This document shows positions 26,626 to 47,980 of a DNA stretch of 64,000 bases, piece by piece; position 1 is the stretch's first letter, and the number at the start of each line of letters is the position of its first letter. Under the pieces are notes generated by a model. The model searched no databases. It was not told the DNA's origin and worked only from the letters and a program-made list of their open reading frames with translations. The DNA is taken from NCBI RefSeq assembly GCF_009914755.1, contig NC_060928.1; one strand, given 5' to 3'. A program made the position numbers and the translations under genes. The DNA comes from the human T2T-CHM13v2.0 reference genome, Homo sapiens.

Positions 26626-27939
26626 GTGTTACTTATTTTTATATAAAATATGAATACTCTGAAATAAAGGTAAGCAACTTTAATAGACTAACATATTCTC
26701 ACTAAAAGAAAAAAATGTGTCTGTGTGTGCATATACATATAACACATGCACACATCTATTCCTGTTTTCCAAAAGTAATCTCCACTAAGAGTTCTTAAAT
26801 TATTTTGTTTGATCATCTTCATTAATAGTGAAAATAATCTTAAATCTCATTATCATTCCTTTCTGCCTTCCTTCTCTGTAAGAGGCAGGGGACTGAGGGT
26901 TTGTTCATCTTCCAGCATCTTGAATAATGAAGAACTAACCAGTATGAAGAATTATTACCAAGACTGTATTCGATGGTGATATTACTTACATTCCTACTTG
27001 TTCAAATCAGTTGTTTTATACCCTGCGATATGTGCACAGCTCTCCCAGTGATATCTGACTCCTGTATTTCACCATAGCTACAATATACATTTGTGGACAT
27101 AGGATTTACAGAATTCTATCTGAAAGCAAATTTGTCAGGTTGTTATATTGTTGACAAATACTCTTGTTTCTCAGATCATTTTTTGCTGGCTATATGCACG
27201 TGCAGGAATCTGTATGTGCTTGTGTTTTAATTACCTAATGCACTGGCCCTGACTGAATAAATTGCATGATTACCTCCTACACTGGACACAGAACAGTGCA
27301 AGTCATATTAAAAAGCCATTATATTTGCAACTCTGAGCAAGAGACTATAATTAAAAGGCAGTTGGATGAAATTAGCTTTGAGAGTACAAGAGTTTAAGCA
27401 AGATTTGGTAAATGAACATTAATGGTTAACATGTGGTTTTTATTAGGTCTTTTGCTTCTCTCCATAACCCCGGACTTGAATTTCTTAGATGTCAGTGGAC
27501 CAGACATGTGAGAACACCTGTACAAAGTTATACTTTACCATGTGGCTAAAATTATATTCATAAAACAAGCCAACATAACTTTTGTGACTTTAGTAAATCA
27601 AAGGTATTAGACTAGAATGATCCCCTGGGCATTAATAAACTATTCTTAATGCTCCTAAGATTTTAGTTATATGTCATTAAAAGCATACTGTGTGCTCCAT
27701 GCAACTTAAAATGTTTGTCATAAAATACACATATACACGTCAAAGAAGTAATAAAACTTGAGGGCATTTTAATTATTCTCACCGTTAAATATAAAAAAGT
27801 TAAAGTTGTATGCAGTATGTGTAATAGCATCCCATTCTTATCTGTTTGCAGACTGTTGAGGACTCCGCATGGTAGTGATCTTTTTGTAGAGGGGAAAGCT
27901 TTATGGAGTATGCGTATGTACTCAATAGGTCTTACACTT

Positions 27940-28780
<841 letters not shown>

Positions 28781-29182
28781 ACCCCACTTCAGGCTTGTTT
28801 TTGAATTTTATAGTCCCTGCTTTATATGTGTGTGTATACGTGCATACATATATATACGTATAGAGAGATTGTCATATGACTATATACATACGTACATATA
28901 TACATATAGAAATAGATAAGATTTTGTCGTATATCTAGTTCGTGCCCAAGTTCAAAAGGAAGTCTTTATATTTCTAGGTTTATATACTAGATTTATTTTC
29001 AGCCATATGACAATGAAATAGTGAGTTCCCTCTTCCTTAAACATTAAAGACTGATTCTATTTGGTGGGGTATCTAAGGAAACTGCAGCTGCCTTTAGTTT
29101 ACTAAAACTCAGTCTCTAAAGATTGGTGGAGGGAGAATCTCCACTTGGGAGGAACAGTTTTTCTTCACGGAACCAGTTCTGA

Positions 29183-29450
29183 GGCTGGGCCTGGTGGCTC
29201 ATGCCTGTAATCCCAGCTCTTTGGGAGGCCAAGATGGGAGGATTGCTTGAGGCCAGGAGTTTGAGACCAACCTGGACAAAACAGCAAGACCCCGTCTCTA
29301 CAAAAAAATTTAAAAATTAGCCAGGCATAGTCCCAGCTACTCAGGAGGCTAAGGCGGGAGGACTGTGCAAACTCAGAAGTTCGAGGCGGCATTGAGCTAT
29401 GATCACACCACTGCAGGCCAGCCTGGATGACAGAGCCGGACCCTGTCTCA
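29183..29450 (+). mobile_element. AluJ-like
   Basis: GGAGGATTGCTTGAG diagnostic. Confidence 0.9.
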
Positions 29451-30409
29451 AGAACCGGTCCTGCCACCTGGGTGGGTCACCTTCTTGGAGGAATATCATT
29501 AATTGCTGTCACCACAAGCACTGTCCTTAAAGGGCCATGCTGCACTTCACACTCTGACCCAAGCCTGAGCACCTAGCTCTTTCTTTATTTCTTAGTAAAA
29601 CTGAGATGAGGTTGGAACATGTAAAGGCCTCTATTAACGGCAAGAAAATAATACCGCTTGGATTCTCAGGCCACAGGCTTAAGAGAGGTGCACCTGTTTC
29701 AAGATCTAGAGTTAAGAGGCTCCAATGGTTCATTTCTATCTGAGACCTGGTTTAGGTTTCTGGCTGGGATCTACCTTACTCAGTATTCTACCTTACCCGG
29801 TATGTCTCACTGACCTCTTCATGAAAGTTTATCTCCACGCATTGTGTGACTTCACATTTCACTTAACACGCTAACAATGTAAACGGCTCAACAGCCCCAA
29901 AACGTAGATAAGAAATGAATACATTCTTTATGAACTTTTTCTGTAAATCTGCTGGTGGGATTAAAGTATTAGATAGAGTATTTAACTAGAAGACCCCTCT
30001 AAAGTTACCCAAGATGGGAATAGAGAATGAACAAGAGAGAGAACTTTGCCCCTGGCAAGGGGCAGTTTTGCAGGCTTTGTAACCCATCGTAAAGGGTTAG
30101 AACTTTGCCTTGTAGTCAATAAAGGAAGCATAGAAGGGATTAATAAGCAAGTAAGTGACATGATCAAATTCACTCTTTAGAAAATTCATTTAGGGTGCAG
30201 AGTTAAAGATGGATTGGGAGAAGGAAAAGATGAAGCTGTTGCCATAATCTAGAGGTGAGGTGACATGTCTTTCTGGACTTAGTTTCCAGCACAGGCACAG
30301 AGCACAGTAAGTGATTATAGATGTTTGAATATATGCTTGACTAGACAAAGCTAAAAGGATTTCCAAGCAGTAGTAAACATAGAAAAGTGACAGATGCACT
30401 AAACTTAAA

Positions 30410-31272
30410 GTCAGTGACACACAACAATCAAAAGATAAATACACCCATTTAAAATGGGCATAGGGCTTGAGTAGACATTTCACCAAAGAAGACAGAAAAA
30501 CAGCCAATAAGCACGTGAAAAGATACTCAACATTATTCATCACTAGGGAAATGCAAATCAAAACCACCCTCAGATACCATTTCACACTCTCAAGGCTGCC
30601 TATAATCAAAACAAGAAGTATTAGCCAGATGTGGAGAAATTTGAGCCTTCATTCGCTGCTGGTGAGAACGTAAAACAGTTTAATAGTTCCTTAGAATATT
30701 AAGCATCGTTACATAAACCAGCAGTTTCACTCCCAGGTGTATACCAAAGAGAAATGAAAAAAATCTGTCCACATAAAAACTTATATATGAATGATCATAA
30801 TAGCATAATACATAATAGCCAGAAAGAAGAAAAAATCCAACTGCTCGCCAACTAATGAATAAACAAAATGTAGTGTGTCCATACAATGAAAATTTCAGCC
30901 ATAAGAAGGTAGCACTAATACGTGTGATAACCTGGATAAGCCTTGAAGACATGCTAAGTGAGAGAAGCCAGACACAAAAGTACCCATATTGTAAAGTAGC
31001 ATTTATGTGAAATGTTCAGGACAGACCCAAAGGAACTCAAACCCAAAGAGTTCCCCAAAGAGGTTAGCAGTTGCCGGGGCGAGGGCGTGGAGGCGGTAGG
31101 GAGTGGCCGCTCATGGTACTTTTTGTGGCATGTTAAGAATGTGCTGAAATTAGGTAGTGTCAGTGATTGCAGAACTCTGGGAATGCAGTAAAAACCGCTG
31201 AGTTGTATACTTTGAAAGGGCCAATTTTATGACATGGGAATTGTATCTCAATGAAGCTGTTATTTAAAAAAA
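30410..31272 (+). mobile_element. L1MB-type 3' end
   Basis: Translation RHFTKED...REMQIKTTLRYH (ORF2 C-terminus); ends TATCTCAATGAAGCTGTTATTTAAAAAAA. Confidence 0.85.
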
Positions 31273-31736
31273 CCATTTATGCAAACTTTTATAGACTTCT
31301 TAACTATTTTACAGTCACTTTCATCAGAAGTAATAACGCAAAAATTCAAACACCCAGGAGGTTACACATTCTGTGTTAAGAACACAGACTTTGAAATTAA
31401 GCAGACTGAGTGGAAACCCAGTTCCATCCCGTAGAAACTGTGTGACGTTGGACAAATGACGTAACTTCTCTGAACCTTTAATCATCTCTAAAATGTAAAT
31501 AATACCTATCAGACATGTTATAAAGGTGAAATGAGACAACAGAGAAAAAAGCCCTAAGCTAAAGTACGGACATGAATTATTATCCAGGGTATTGTTATTC
31601 TTTACTGTGCCAAGACAATGACCCAGCCCCCTGAAGGTATTACAGTTTTATAGCACATTCTAGGTGGTTGACATAAATTGCCATGTTTATGTTTCCTTAG
31701 TGAGCACATATATTAACATTTGAAAAGTATGTTGAG

Positions 31737-32315
<579 letters not shown>

Positions 32316-34104
32316 GAAAAGGAAAGAAAAGAAAGGAAAGGAAGGAAGGAAGGAAGAGTGCAGATGCTGGGAGGCGCCTTGCACTAAGGGGGCTTTCATA
32401 CTGTGCGTAGGAGCTTCGGTTTCTCACATTTAGAACCTAAAGCCATTGAAGGTAGAGCTCTAATATTTTGTATTATTTTTTAAATTGCTCATAAGAACTG
32501 AGCTCATTTTCAAGAAATACCTCAACCTATAAAGCATAAATAAAAGGCATAAGCACCAAAAATTCACGAGCTCTAAGGAACCATTCTGGTGAATGCATTC
32601 TTCAAAAAAGTAGTGCGTTTAATCAGAGGAGCAGTAAGTTCAGGTTTGCATGCTGTATCTGACACCATTGTGTGGCCCGTGGATATAAGCAGATGTGAAG
32701 CAGAAAAGAGGGAAAGACTGGAGAATTGTTGGTTTGGAAATAAGAAATATGGAAAGCCTGGAAAAAGCACAGTTGTCGGGATAAGGAGGAGAGAGGACGA
32801 AGGACATGTTTGGGTTAAGTGATCAAGCTGGGGCCCTACGCGGAGTGAGGGAGGGAGGAGGAGGAGCAGACAGGCAGGAGGATCCTGAGGTATTCAGCTT
32901 GCTGGAGTGAATGGATTGAGATGCGGTTGAAGGAGATGGGAACTGGGAATGCAGGAAGAGAAGCCAGAAGGGGAGACTGCATGACAGTTCGGCTGAAGAT
33001 AAGAATTATTCTGAAATGGCAGTTGTGCATGTTGGAAAAATAAATCACCATGGAAATGAGCCTGATCAAATTTGACTAGGGAAACTGAGAGTTGTACAGA
33101 ACTCTCATTCCAAAATGTTATCAAGTCCTTAAGATAATTTAACTCTGTGTTGCAAAATAGGTAGACATAAACAGAGAGGAAAACAGTATTTTCATACAGA
33201 ACAATGAAGAGGAAGTACTAGATTTAATTGGACACACGCTTCTCACATTTAAAGATGGGGAGGAGATAATGGTGTCCCTTTGTGTCCTTCCCAAAGAAAT
33301 ATGGGGAACTGATAATGCCTCACATAAGTCTTAAAGGAAGAAAATGTAGAGCATGCACTTTTGCAGATCACTCTCTCATTAACAAACAAGCTCAGAAGAA
33401 ATGTGGTCTCAATGAAATGCTTCCTTTCTTGGAGCTTAAATACGGTCAAATCTAAATATCTAAGAAATCAGGAAGTTTGACATCTTTAACCACTAAAGAT
33501 TAAGACAAATTTTTTACATGTAAAGTTTTATCTGGATATAGGGACTTCCTGATCAAGGAAATAGTTGAAAGGAATAAAAAAAAACAACTGAGTCACAGAA
33601 CATTCCATCAATGAATTATTGTCCAGGTTTGTTCAGAAGTGGTGACACTAATATTATTTTGCTCAAAGTAAATAAACTGCATTGCTGACTACATAAAGAG
33701 AGAGAAGTTTTACCTTTTTGCTTACCTCTGTTTTCCCGATGCCTAGTGTAAGTTGTCTAGCACGTAGTAAGCAGACAGAAACTAACTACATATGTGGAAT
33801 GAATGTACGTGGGAAAGATCAATTCTGAAACGTGTATAGACAAGAAGTAACAAATATTCTTAAAATAGTACAAGAACTCATCATTCATTCATCAAATTCG
33901 TTTTAATATAAATTCTTTATTGAAATATTAGAGACAGAAAATAAGTCATAAATGCTCTTATATTCCCCTTACCTGCTTCCAAACTTTACCTTCCCTACCG
34001 CAAAAGATAATCTTTCTACTAACCTCTAACGCCATATTTGCTGTTGATGGCATCTGAGAAGTCTCCAGTTTTCAGCTATTACTAACAGTGCTGTGATGAA
34101 TATT

Positions 34105-34415
34105 TTGTTTTTTTGGTTTTATTTTGTTTTAGAGGAGGGGTCTCACTGTCACTCAGACTTGGATGCAGTGGCATGATTATGGCTCACGGAAGCCTGGATC
34201 TCCTGGGCTTAAGTGATCCTCCCACTTTAGCCGCCCAAGTAGCTGGTACTACAAGCACACACCACCACACCCAGCTAATTTGAAAAAATTTTTTAGAGAT
34301 GGGGTCTCTCTCGCCATGTTGCCCAGGCACATCCTGAATTCCTGAGCTCAAATGATCATCCTGCCTCAGCCTCAAAACGTGCTGGGATCACAGGTGTGAG
34401 TCACCATGCCCAGCC
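34105..34415 (-). mobile_element. AluJ-like
   Basis: Antisense dimer. Confidence 0.9.
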
Positions 34416-34499
34416 TCTTCTGTATATAACTAGAATTGCCCGTTCTTTGGATGTATATATGATCAGCTTTAAAGGATATTTTTGAACAGTTTTCCAAAG

Positions 34500-35880
<1,381 letters not shown>

Positions 35881-36306
35881 ATCCTAAGTGACAGTTCCAT
35901 TGTCATAAAAGAGGACACATAGAATAATTTTTCCAGAAACACCAAGGTCAAAATCTATATTTTAAATGTGCCTAATGTACTTCTAAAGTAAGAGTTCTTA
36001 CTTTGATTAGTTAAATCAGAAAAAATTTTTATTCATATTCAAAATAGTATAAATATATAAAAATGTTAAAGGCATAGCCAATTATTGATCACAGAAGTGA
36101 CATGATACAGTCGTTTGTTACAAATCTGAGTGATTATTTACAAATCTTTAGAGTTGTTGTCTGATAGGACTCAGTACGGCAGTTGGAGTGTAGCTGAAAG
36201 TAGGATAAAGCAGGTGGATATGTGCAGATGATAGAAATATGGAGATGGTAGAATCAATAATAAAAATATCACAAAACAAGCTCCGTGATCCTACTTTAGC
36301 TGTTAA

Positions 36307-36462
<156 letters not shown>

Positions 36463-36710
36463 TAATTTTCTGCTAAACTTTTTGAAATGAGAGGCCCATG
36501 GTAAAGTAGATATCAACATAAGGCTTGTTGAGTGACTGATTAATTCTAGATTATTATTCTCATTTATTGGCACAAAAACAATTACACATTGCTTTCTATT
36601 TGGCTCCTCTGGTGCCCTTACCACCACTGCACAGTTCCTACATATGCCGTGATTCTTAACCTTTGGAGCTTGAGTAATTACCCCTAAATCCCTCTCTTAA
36701 AAATCTTGGG

Positions 36711-36995
36711 GGCCAGGCACGGTGGCTCACACCTATAATCCCAGCACTTTGGGAGGCCGAGGAAGGTGGATCACCTGAGGTCGGGAGTTCGAGACAGGCC
36801 TGACCAACATGGAGAAACCTCGTCTCTACTGAAAATACAAAATTAGCCAGGCTTGGTGGTGCATGCCTATAATCCCAGCTACTCAGGAGGCTGAGGCAAG
36901 AGAATTGCTTAAACCCGGGAGGCGGAGGTTGCGGGTTCAAGCAACCTCAAGCCTGGGCAACAAGAGCGAAACTCTGTCTCAAAAAAAGAGAAAAG
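36711..36995 (+). mobile_element. Alu (a partial antisense Alu also lies at ~36310-36470)
   Basis: Dimer with an altered right arm. Confidence 0.92.
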
Positions 36996-37365
36996 AAAGT
37001 TCCTTGGCCTTTTCTTGTGTTTCTTGACCTTGACATTTTTTGAGGAGTCCAGGCCAGTTATTTTGTAGAATGTGTCAGTTTGGGTTTGTGCGATGTTTCC
37101 TTGGGATTAGATTCAGGTTGTGCATTTTTGGCAGAAATACAACTATAGTGATGTTGTCACCTTCACCATGCATCGAATCAAAGGGACATGATGGCGATGG
37201 CTTCCAAGGTGATGTTCTCTTTGAGCACTTGGTAAGGTGGTGTCTGCTTAATTTCTCGACAGGCAAGTTACTGTTTTTCCTTTGTTATTGATAAGCAACT
37301 TCTGGGGGATACTTGGAGACTACGCATATATCCTGTTCTTTATCATGCTTTCACCCAATAGTACC
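36995..37365 (-). mobile_element. L1MC-type 3'UTR fragment
   Basis: CAGGCCAGTTATTTTGTAGAATG...ATTAGATTCAGGTTGTGCATTTTTGGCAG. Confidence 0.7.
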
Positions 37366-37625
37366 CACTGATGAACATATTGTGTATACATGAAATAATA
37401 ATAAACTATTATCACTGATAGAAGGAACATATTGTGTATACATGTAATAATAATGAACTATTATGACTTCTTAAAGCAGGTTGTTCATTGTTTCCTGAGT
37501 ATAAATAAATCAGAAATGAATGGCTTTAATTTTCTGTAAAATATGTTTACTTAGAAAATAATAGAAAATGTCCTTTACAAAATGAGTTCTAGGGTTTTAT
37601 TGAACAAAATGTGTTTGCAAAACAC

Positions 37626-38638
<1,013 letters not shown>

Positions 38639-39379
38639 AACAGTTTAAGGCATTCAAAAATTAGAAGAGCAATCAGGCACCCAACCATACTAAAAGCGTG
38701 TTTATATTTTCGCATAATTTCCAATCCATTGAACAAACAAGCAAACAAACAAAAGAACTGGTGTGTAGAGTGAAAGGAGCGTTAGTGTGTATAATATCTG
38801 TGGACAGAATAGTCGTTTGAACTGAATCTACAGCAAAACTACAAAGCTGTGATATTGTGACTCCGAGAAAGTGCAGATTTCATATTCCAGTAAGATTTAT
38901 TGAATGCCCGTTGCCTGCTAAGCATTTGATACATAAGCATATTCACACACAGCACCTTATTTTGTTATCATAACTCTATAGGGCAATGGTATTATGCTAT
39001 TCTTCCACTCAAGAGAACTTTTCAGAGGTTCATTTACTTAACAAATCATAACTGCCACATCCCAGGTGCTTTGTAATGCAACCTGGAAGAAGACAGATCT
39101 GGTTCCTCTCACTTTCTAAGCCCAGTTATAACATGCTGGGCCCATGATTTTACTCAACAGTAAAATCGAGGTTTACGCTGTGTGCTAAGAGAGGCATCCA
39201 AACCAAACGTGTGGACTCAGGGGAGGCTTTGCTGATGGAACTTCTAATTAGGCTGGGAAATGAAAGACGACAGGAAGCTGGGTGAGGAGGGGGGATGGTG
39301 GTGGAGGGAGGACCCAAATATTCCAGGCAGAGGGAACGTTGTCTCAAAAAAATAAAAATAGAAATAAAAAAGGCTTCTG

Positions 39380-39697
<318 letters not shown>

Positions 39698-40367
39698 TCA
39701 AAAAGGAGCTTTGAGAGACAGCCAGGTGGCTAGTGACGGGCTAGCAGAGGCAGAGAGGGCTGCACCTTTTCTACCACAGTTTAACATTGCTCAGAGATTG
39801 TGTGTCTAACCTCAGGAAGGTTTTGACATAGTTTACACTGATTTTACTTTGTTCACTTCAGGATGGAAAGGATGGCAGAGTCTCTGCTGCATCCAGGATA
39901 GTATGAATCATTAAAATGCTGAAACCACTTTCAGCAGTGTATTCTAGTCCTGGCCGGAAGTCACTAACCTAGCTGAAACATCAAATATTATGGTAATTTG
40001 GTCTGAGAATAAATAATAGATTATGTTAATACAGACAGGGATGAGATAATGAGAAACAGGCTACTTAAGAGGCATATTGAGTGGTTTATTTGTGAATCAA
40101 AAAGAAGCAAGGAAATTGCATTAAAAGAAAAACTGACCCTGGAGTCACTCTTTTAGGTGACCTTAATATTCCATAAATTATAAGTTAAGATAAATGAAAC
40201 AAAAGCTCTATATTATGAAGAGTGAAATTATTTTGTAATTCTGACAGAAAACTAAGTATTCTAACATTTTACTGAAGAAAAGCCTGTTGATCATTCTCAT
40301 TTCCCGCCACAGAACATGTATACCCTTTGCCAACACTTACTGAGCAGTTACTATGTGCAGTTACTAA

Positions 40368-40670
<303 letters not shown>

Positions 40671-41014
40671 TAACTCTTTACATCCACGCATATACTACCT
40701 TAAACATCTTTGCCATGCGAGAATGTAGATACCACTTGTATAGATTGGGAAACTGAGGCACATGATGGTTGAATAATTTGCCAGAGGAAACAGAGCTGGC
40801 AGGCTGAAGGGCTTCAGACCAAAACTTCTCTGACCTCATTTGGTAGCAAAACATATGCAAAGCTTTCTACAATCTTTACATACCCCATTAAGTATGAATA
40901 CTTATACATTCTCCTGCAGAAATATGTATAATCATAATATACTGCCCCAAATCCCTCTTAGGAGAACTGATAGATGGTGTGTGGATTGTCTCCTGTCTCT
41001 AAAAAACACTCTGA

Positions 41015-41322
<308 letters not shown>

Positions 41323-42018
41323 CTAAATATCTGACCTCAGGGGTTTTGGAAAAGGCATTTTGGTCCTTTGCAATTTATACACCAACAAATAATGAATTAA
41401 TATAGTAACATAATAATTTATTTAGTATACCCTTTAAATTTAATACTTGCATTTTCCAGATATCAATATAAAGAAATTGGCAAACCTCAAATAAAATTCA
41501 ATTGGCGTGTTTTAGAGACAGTTATGCTGCTCTTGTGGGCCGCTGCCTGAAATCCAGGTGGCTGCCTGCTGGTAGTCTGGAGTGTAGTGTCTCCAGAATG
41601 TAAAGCACTGAACAAAGCAAGGACATCATGAGGCATCCTGTTTGAATATTTCGTCTGCAATTTAGTGAACTGTGTGATCCTCAGCAAATTACCAGGTGAC
41701 TCTGTAACACTGTGATAACAGTTTATGTGTCCAGGTTATTGTGACTATTGAATAAGATGATGTGGGTCTTTACACCTGGCCTCTTCATGGGCATGTCGTA
41801 AATTGTAGCAATTATTAAGCTAGATAATTATACATAGGGATAATACTTTTCTATCAAAGCAAATAATAGGCACTAGCTAAATGTCTCCATGAAAGCTAAG
41901 TATGATAAAATACACAGGAAGCATCTCCAACATGAAAAGTACCCTTAGTGCTTTGTAAGATAACAGTTCCCACAGTCATAGAGCTTACCTTTTGGAAAGG
42001 CGGAAGTTGAAAAATGAC

Positions 42019-42315
42019 TTTTTTTTTTTTTTCAGACGAAGCTTCGCTCTTGTCCCCCAGACTGGAGTGTGATTTTGCAATCTCAGCTCACTGCAACCTC
42101 CGCCTCCTGGGTTCGAGCGATTCTCTTGCCTCAGCCTCCTGAGTAGCTGAGATTACAGGCACCTGCCACCACGCCTGGCTAATTTTTTTGTATTTTTAGT
42201 AGAGATGGGGTTTCACCATGTTAGCCAGGCTGGTCTCGAACTCCTGACCTCGTGGTCTGCCTGCCTCGGCCTCTCAAAGTGCTGGGATTACAGGCGTGAG
42301 CCACCGTGCCCGGCC
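42019..42315 (-). mobile_element. Alu
   Basis: Antisense dimer. Confidence 0.95.
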
Positions 42316-43003
42316 GAGAAATGATTTTATTATGTAGCTTTGAAATGAGTTCAAACACGTAATTTGCTACATGAGTGACTTAACGTTTTCCTGTGATAAA
42401 AACATGGAGTGTAATCTTCCCCACGAGAATGCTGGGTCACACTTTATCAGGCCACATATGTGTTGCTGGCTTCAACCTCTAGACCCCAAACACAGAAAAT
42501 GTGAGATTTTGACAGGCACATTGAGAGTTCAGGCTGTGGCAAGAATACTGTCTGCCAACCTTCAGGCAAGTCTCTGAAGCCGTACCCACCAACACTGGCA
42601 CCACTGGCTGGCATCAGGGGCCTTGTGTCATGGTGGATCTATGCTGCATTGCTGAAATTCACTCTCCAAAGAACCTCTCCTAGAAAGGGACACCTCCTAG
42701 AAAGAGACACCTCACACTTGCATTCAACTGTACGGCTACAGAGGCCTTCTGCCATCCTAACTGACCAACTAGACTTTAATAAAATTAGAACTCACTTACT
42801 CTGTGGTTAATGGACCTCCCTCCTCCATGGAGTGGATTCCCTGTGAGAGCTGTTCTCATTATTCTCCCCCTTTTGAGCACTGAAATAAACAACAACAAAA
42901 GCTACAAAAAAAAACCTCTTTACATGGCAATAAACTGTGATTCATGAAATTATACTTTGTTCATCTCATTTCAATCATAAAAAACACTTTAAAAAGCAAG
43001 TTT

Positions 43004-43330
<327 letters not shown>

Positions 43331-43770
43331 CGCAAGTTTAAATGAATATGAGAAGATGGTAAGTGCTATGCAGAGAAAAAGAAAAAGCAGAACTGGCTTG
43401 GAATAGGTGTTGAGGGAGCGGGCAGCATGAGTGACAAAGGTGACAGGTGGTAAATATAGGCCTCAATACAAAAGTGAAGTCGGATCTGAGACTGGAAGGA
43501 AGTGAGGACCTAGTGAGTATCAGTAGAAAGTGTTCCAGGCAAGGACTGTCCAGGGCAAAGGCCCTAAGGCAAGAATTGCCGGCTATGTTGATTCACCATC
43601 AAAAGCATGCCCAGAGCCCTGAGCCAGGTGGGGGAATTGGGGGAGATAGTAGAGTAGATGGGTTCAGAGACCTGGGAGTGTGGAGATCCAGAGAACCACA
43701 CAAGACAGTACCGGCACTTCTGACAGTTTCTTTGTTATGTACCTGTGCTTCCATTTGAAATCGTCCGGCC

Positions 43771-44299
<529 letters not shown>

Positions 44300-44664
44300 C
44301 TTTGGCCTAACTTATAAACACAAGGAATTTTTCTCTCTGTTTTCTTCTAGACATTTTATAATCGTATTTATTCCTTTTTTATATATGAAGAGATTTATTC
44401 TGAGCCAAAACATGAGTGGCCAGTTGCCCATGTCACAGCCCTCGGGAGATCCTAAGGACATGGGCCCCTATTTTTTCATTTGGTTCTGTGGTTCATTTTG
44501 AGGTTATTTGTGTGAGTGTTAGCTAATGCTTGAGTTTATATAGAAAATATGTCTTATTTATATTTAACATATTTCTGGCCTATGGATATCTAATTGTTCA
44601 GCACTATTTGTTGAATGATTATGTTTTCCCTTTACCTTGACACTTCAGTCAAAAATCAATTGAG

Positions 44665-45893
<1,229 letters not shown>

Positions 45894-46084
45894 TATGGTA
45901 AATCTTGACATTAGGTAATCTAAGTCTTTTAACTTTGTTCTTATTTAAAATTGTTTTGGCTATTCTGTGTCCCTTCATTTACATATATGTTTTAGGGGCA
46001 GCTTACCAATTTCTACAAAAAAACACTGTTGGGATATTGATGTGGATTATATTGAATCTATAGATCAATTTGAGAAGAGTTTAG

Positions 46085-47080
46085 TTCTTAACAAGGATCT
46101 ATTAGATAGGATAACAAATGTACAAACCATAAAAGAAAAAAATGATGAATTGCACTTCACCATAATTAAAAAGGCACAACTCCAAAATGGCAAACCATAA
46201 TCTGGAAGAAAATATATGCAAAACATAAATCTAATAAAGGACTTGTATCCAAAATACATAAAGCGCTTTTATAACTCAATAATAAAAAAAATCAACCTAA
46301 TTAAAAACTGGGCAAAGGATTTGAATAGACAATTCACAAATGAATATATATAAATGGCAAACAAGTACATATAAAAGCATACTCAACATCATTAGTTATT
46401 GGGAAAATGCAAATTAAAATTACAGCGAGATACCACTACGTAGCCACTACAATGGCTGAATTTTAAGCGGCTGACAATGCCAAGCTTTGTCAAGAGTATG
46501 AGACAACTGGAACTCTCACAAATTGCTAGAGGGAATGCAAAATGAAAAGTATGCAGTTTCTTAAAAAGTTTACCCTCTCCTCCTGTATGGCCCAGCAAAC
46601 CTGCTGCTAGGTACTCAACCAACTGAAATGAAAACATGTTCACACAAAGACATGCCCTGAGATGTTCATTGCAGCTTTATTCCAAATTGCCAAGAACTGG
46701 AAACAACCCAAATGTCCATCAGCTGGCGAATGGATAAACACATTACCCTATGTACATACAATGCAATACTCCTGAGCCCTCAAAAGGAATAATTCACTAC
46801 TACATATAACAACCTAAACAAATCTCACATGCATTTGCTAAGTGAATGAAGCCATACACAAAAGGGCACATACTATGTGATTCCATTTAAATAAAAATGG
46901 ATTCCAGAAAAGCAAGCCTACAGTTAGAGAAAGCAGATCAGTGGCTGCCAGAGACCATGAAAGTGGTGGTTGTGACAGGAGGATTAACTAGGAAGGGCAT
47001 GAGGAGAGTTGGAGGGAGATGGAAGATGGACCTGTTCTACACTGTGACTTATTGTTAAATGATGCTTACATGTGTGGAAG
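46085..47080 (+). mobile_element. old L1M (MC/ME-like) 3' portion, sense
   Basis: AAACCATAAAAGAAAAAAATGA, GGGAAAATGCAAATTAAAA and GGAAACAACCCAAATGTCCATCA motifs. Confidence 0.8.
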
Positions 47081-47218
47081 CCGTTGAATCACAATAAGCA
47101 GGCAAGCTTTGATGGAGGCTTGAACCAGGGTGATAGGGAAAGGGAACTCACAATGAGTCATAGACACAAATGTTAAAATAAAACTAGTAAACATCTAGAA
47201 AAAAAAAACGAAAGAAAA

Positions 47219-47545
<327 letters not shown>

Positions 47546-47764
47546 TTAGGCCAAAGCAGGGGATTGGCAAACTACATCCAGCAGGTGAAACGTGGCCTCC
47601 GCCCTGTTTTTCCTAAATAAAGTTTTACCGAAACACTGGCCTTGCTTACTCACTTGCATAATGCCTATGGCTTTCTTGCTGCAGGACTGAGCTGAGCAGG
47701 TGAAAAGGGCTCAGATTCTCTGTTTTGAAGGTAGAGTCACAGGATCTGAAGGCTCGGGTGTAGA

Positions 47765-47980
47765 ACATGAGTTTTGAGGATGATGTGCCACCCTCCTCGC
47801 TTCCTGCGGAAAGGACGGCCGTGGCTGAGCGCGGTGGGTGCGGGCCTTGATCCCGGACTGCGGTGTGTTGTCAGGTTTCTCCACCGTAAGATCCTTTTTC
47901 CACACCGCGCTCCTGGGAAGAAAGTCAGAAAGTGCAGCCCTTCCTTAGGCAAGCGGGAGTTTCGCTCCGGCTCTATCCAC
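47765..47980 (-). mobile_element. L1MC/MD-type 3'UTR fragment, unusually CpG-rich
   Basis: CCTTGATCCCGGACTGCGGTGTGTTGTCAGGTTTCTCCACCGTAAG...AAGTCA...GCAGCCC follows the L1MC 3'UTR pattern. Confidence 0.55.

Noticed and set aside
30549-30560. Octamer ATGCAAAT copies in L1 and Tigger relics (also 14575 and ~46407)
   Set aside because: They lie inside old repeats (the L1 copies are part of the consensus) with no supporting SOX half-site or CpG context.
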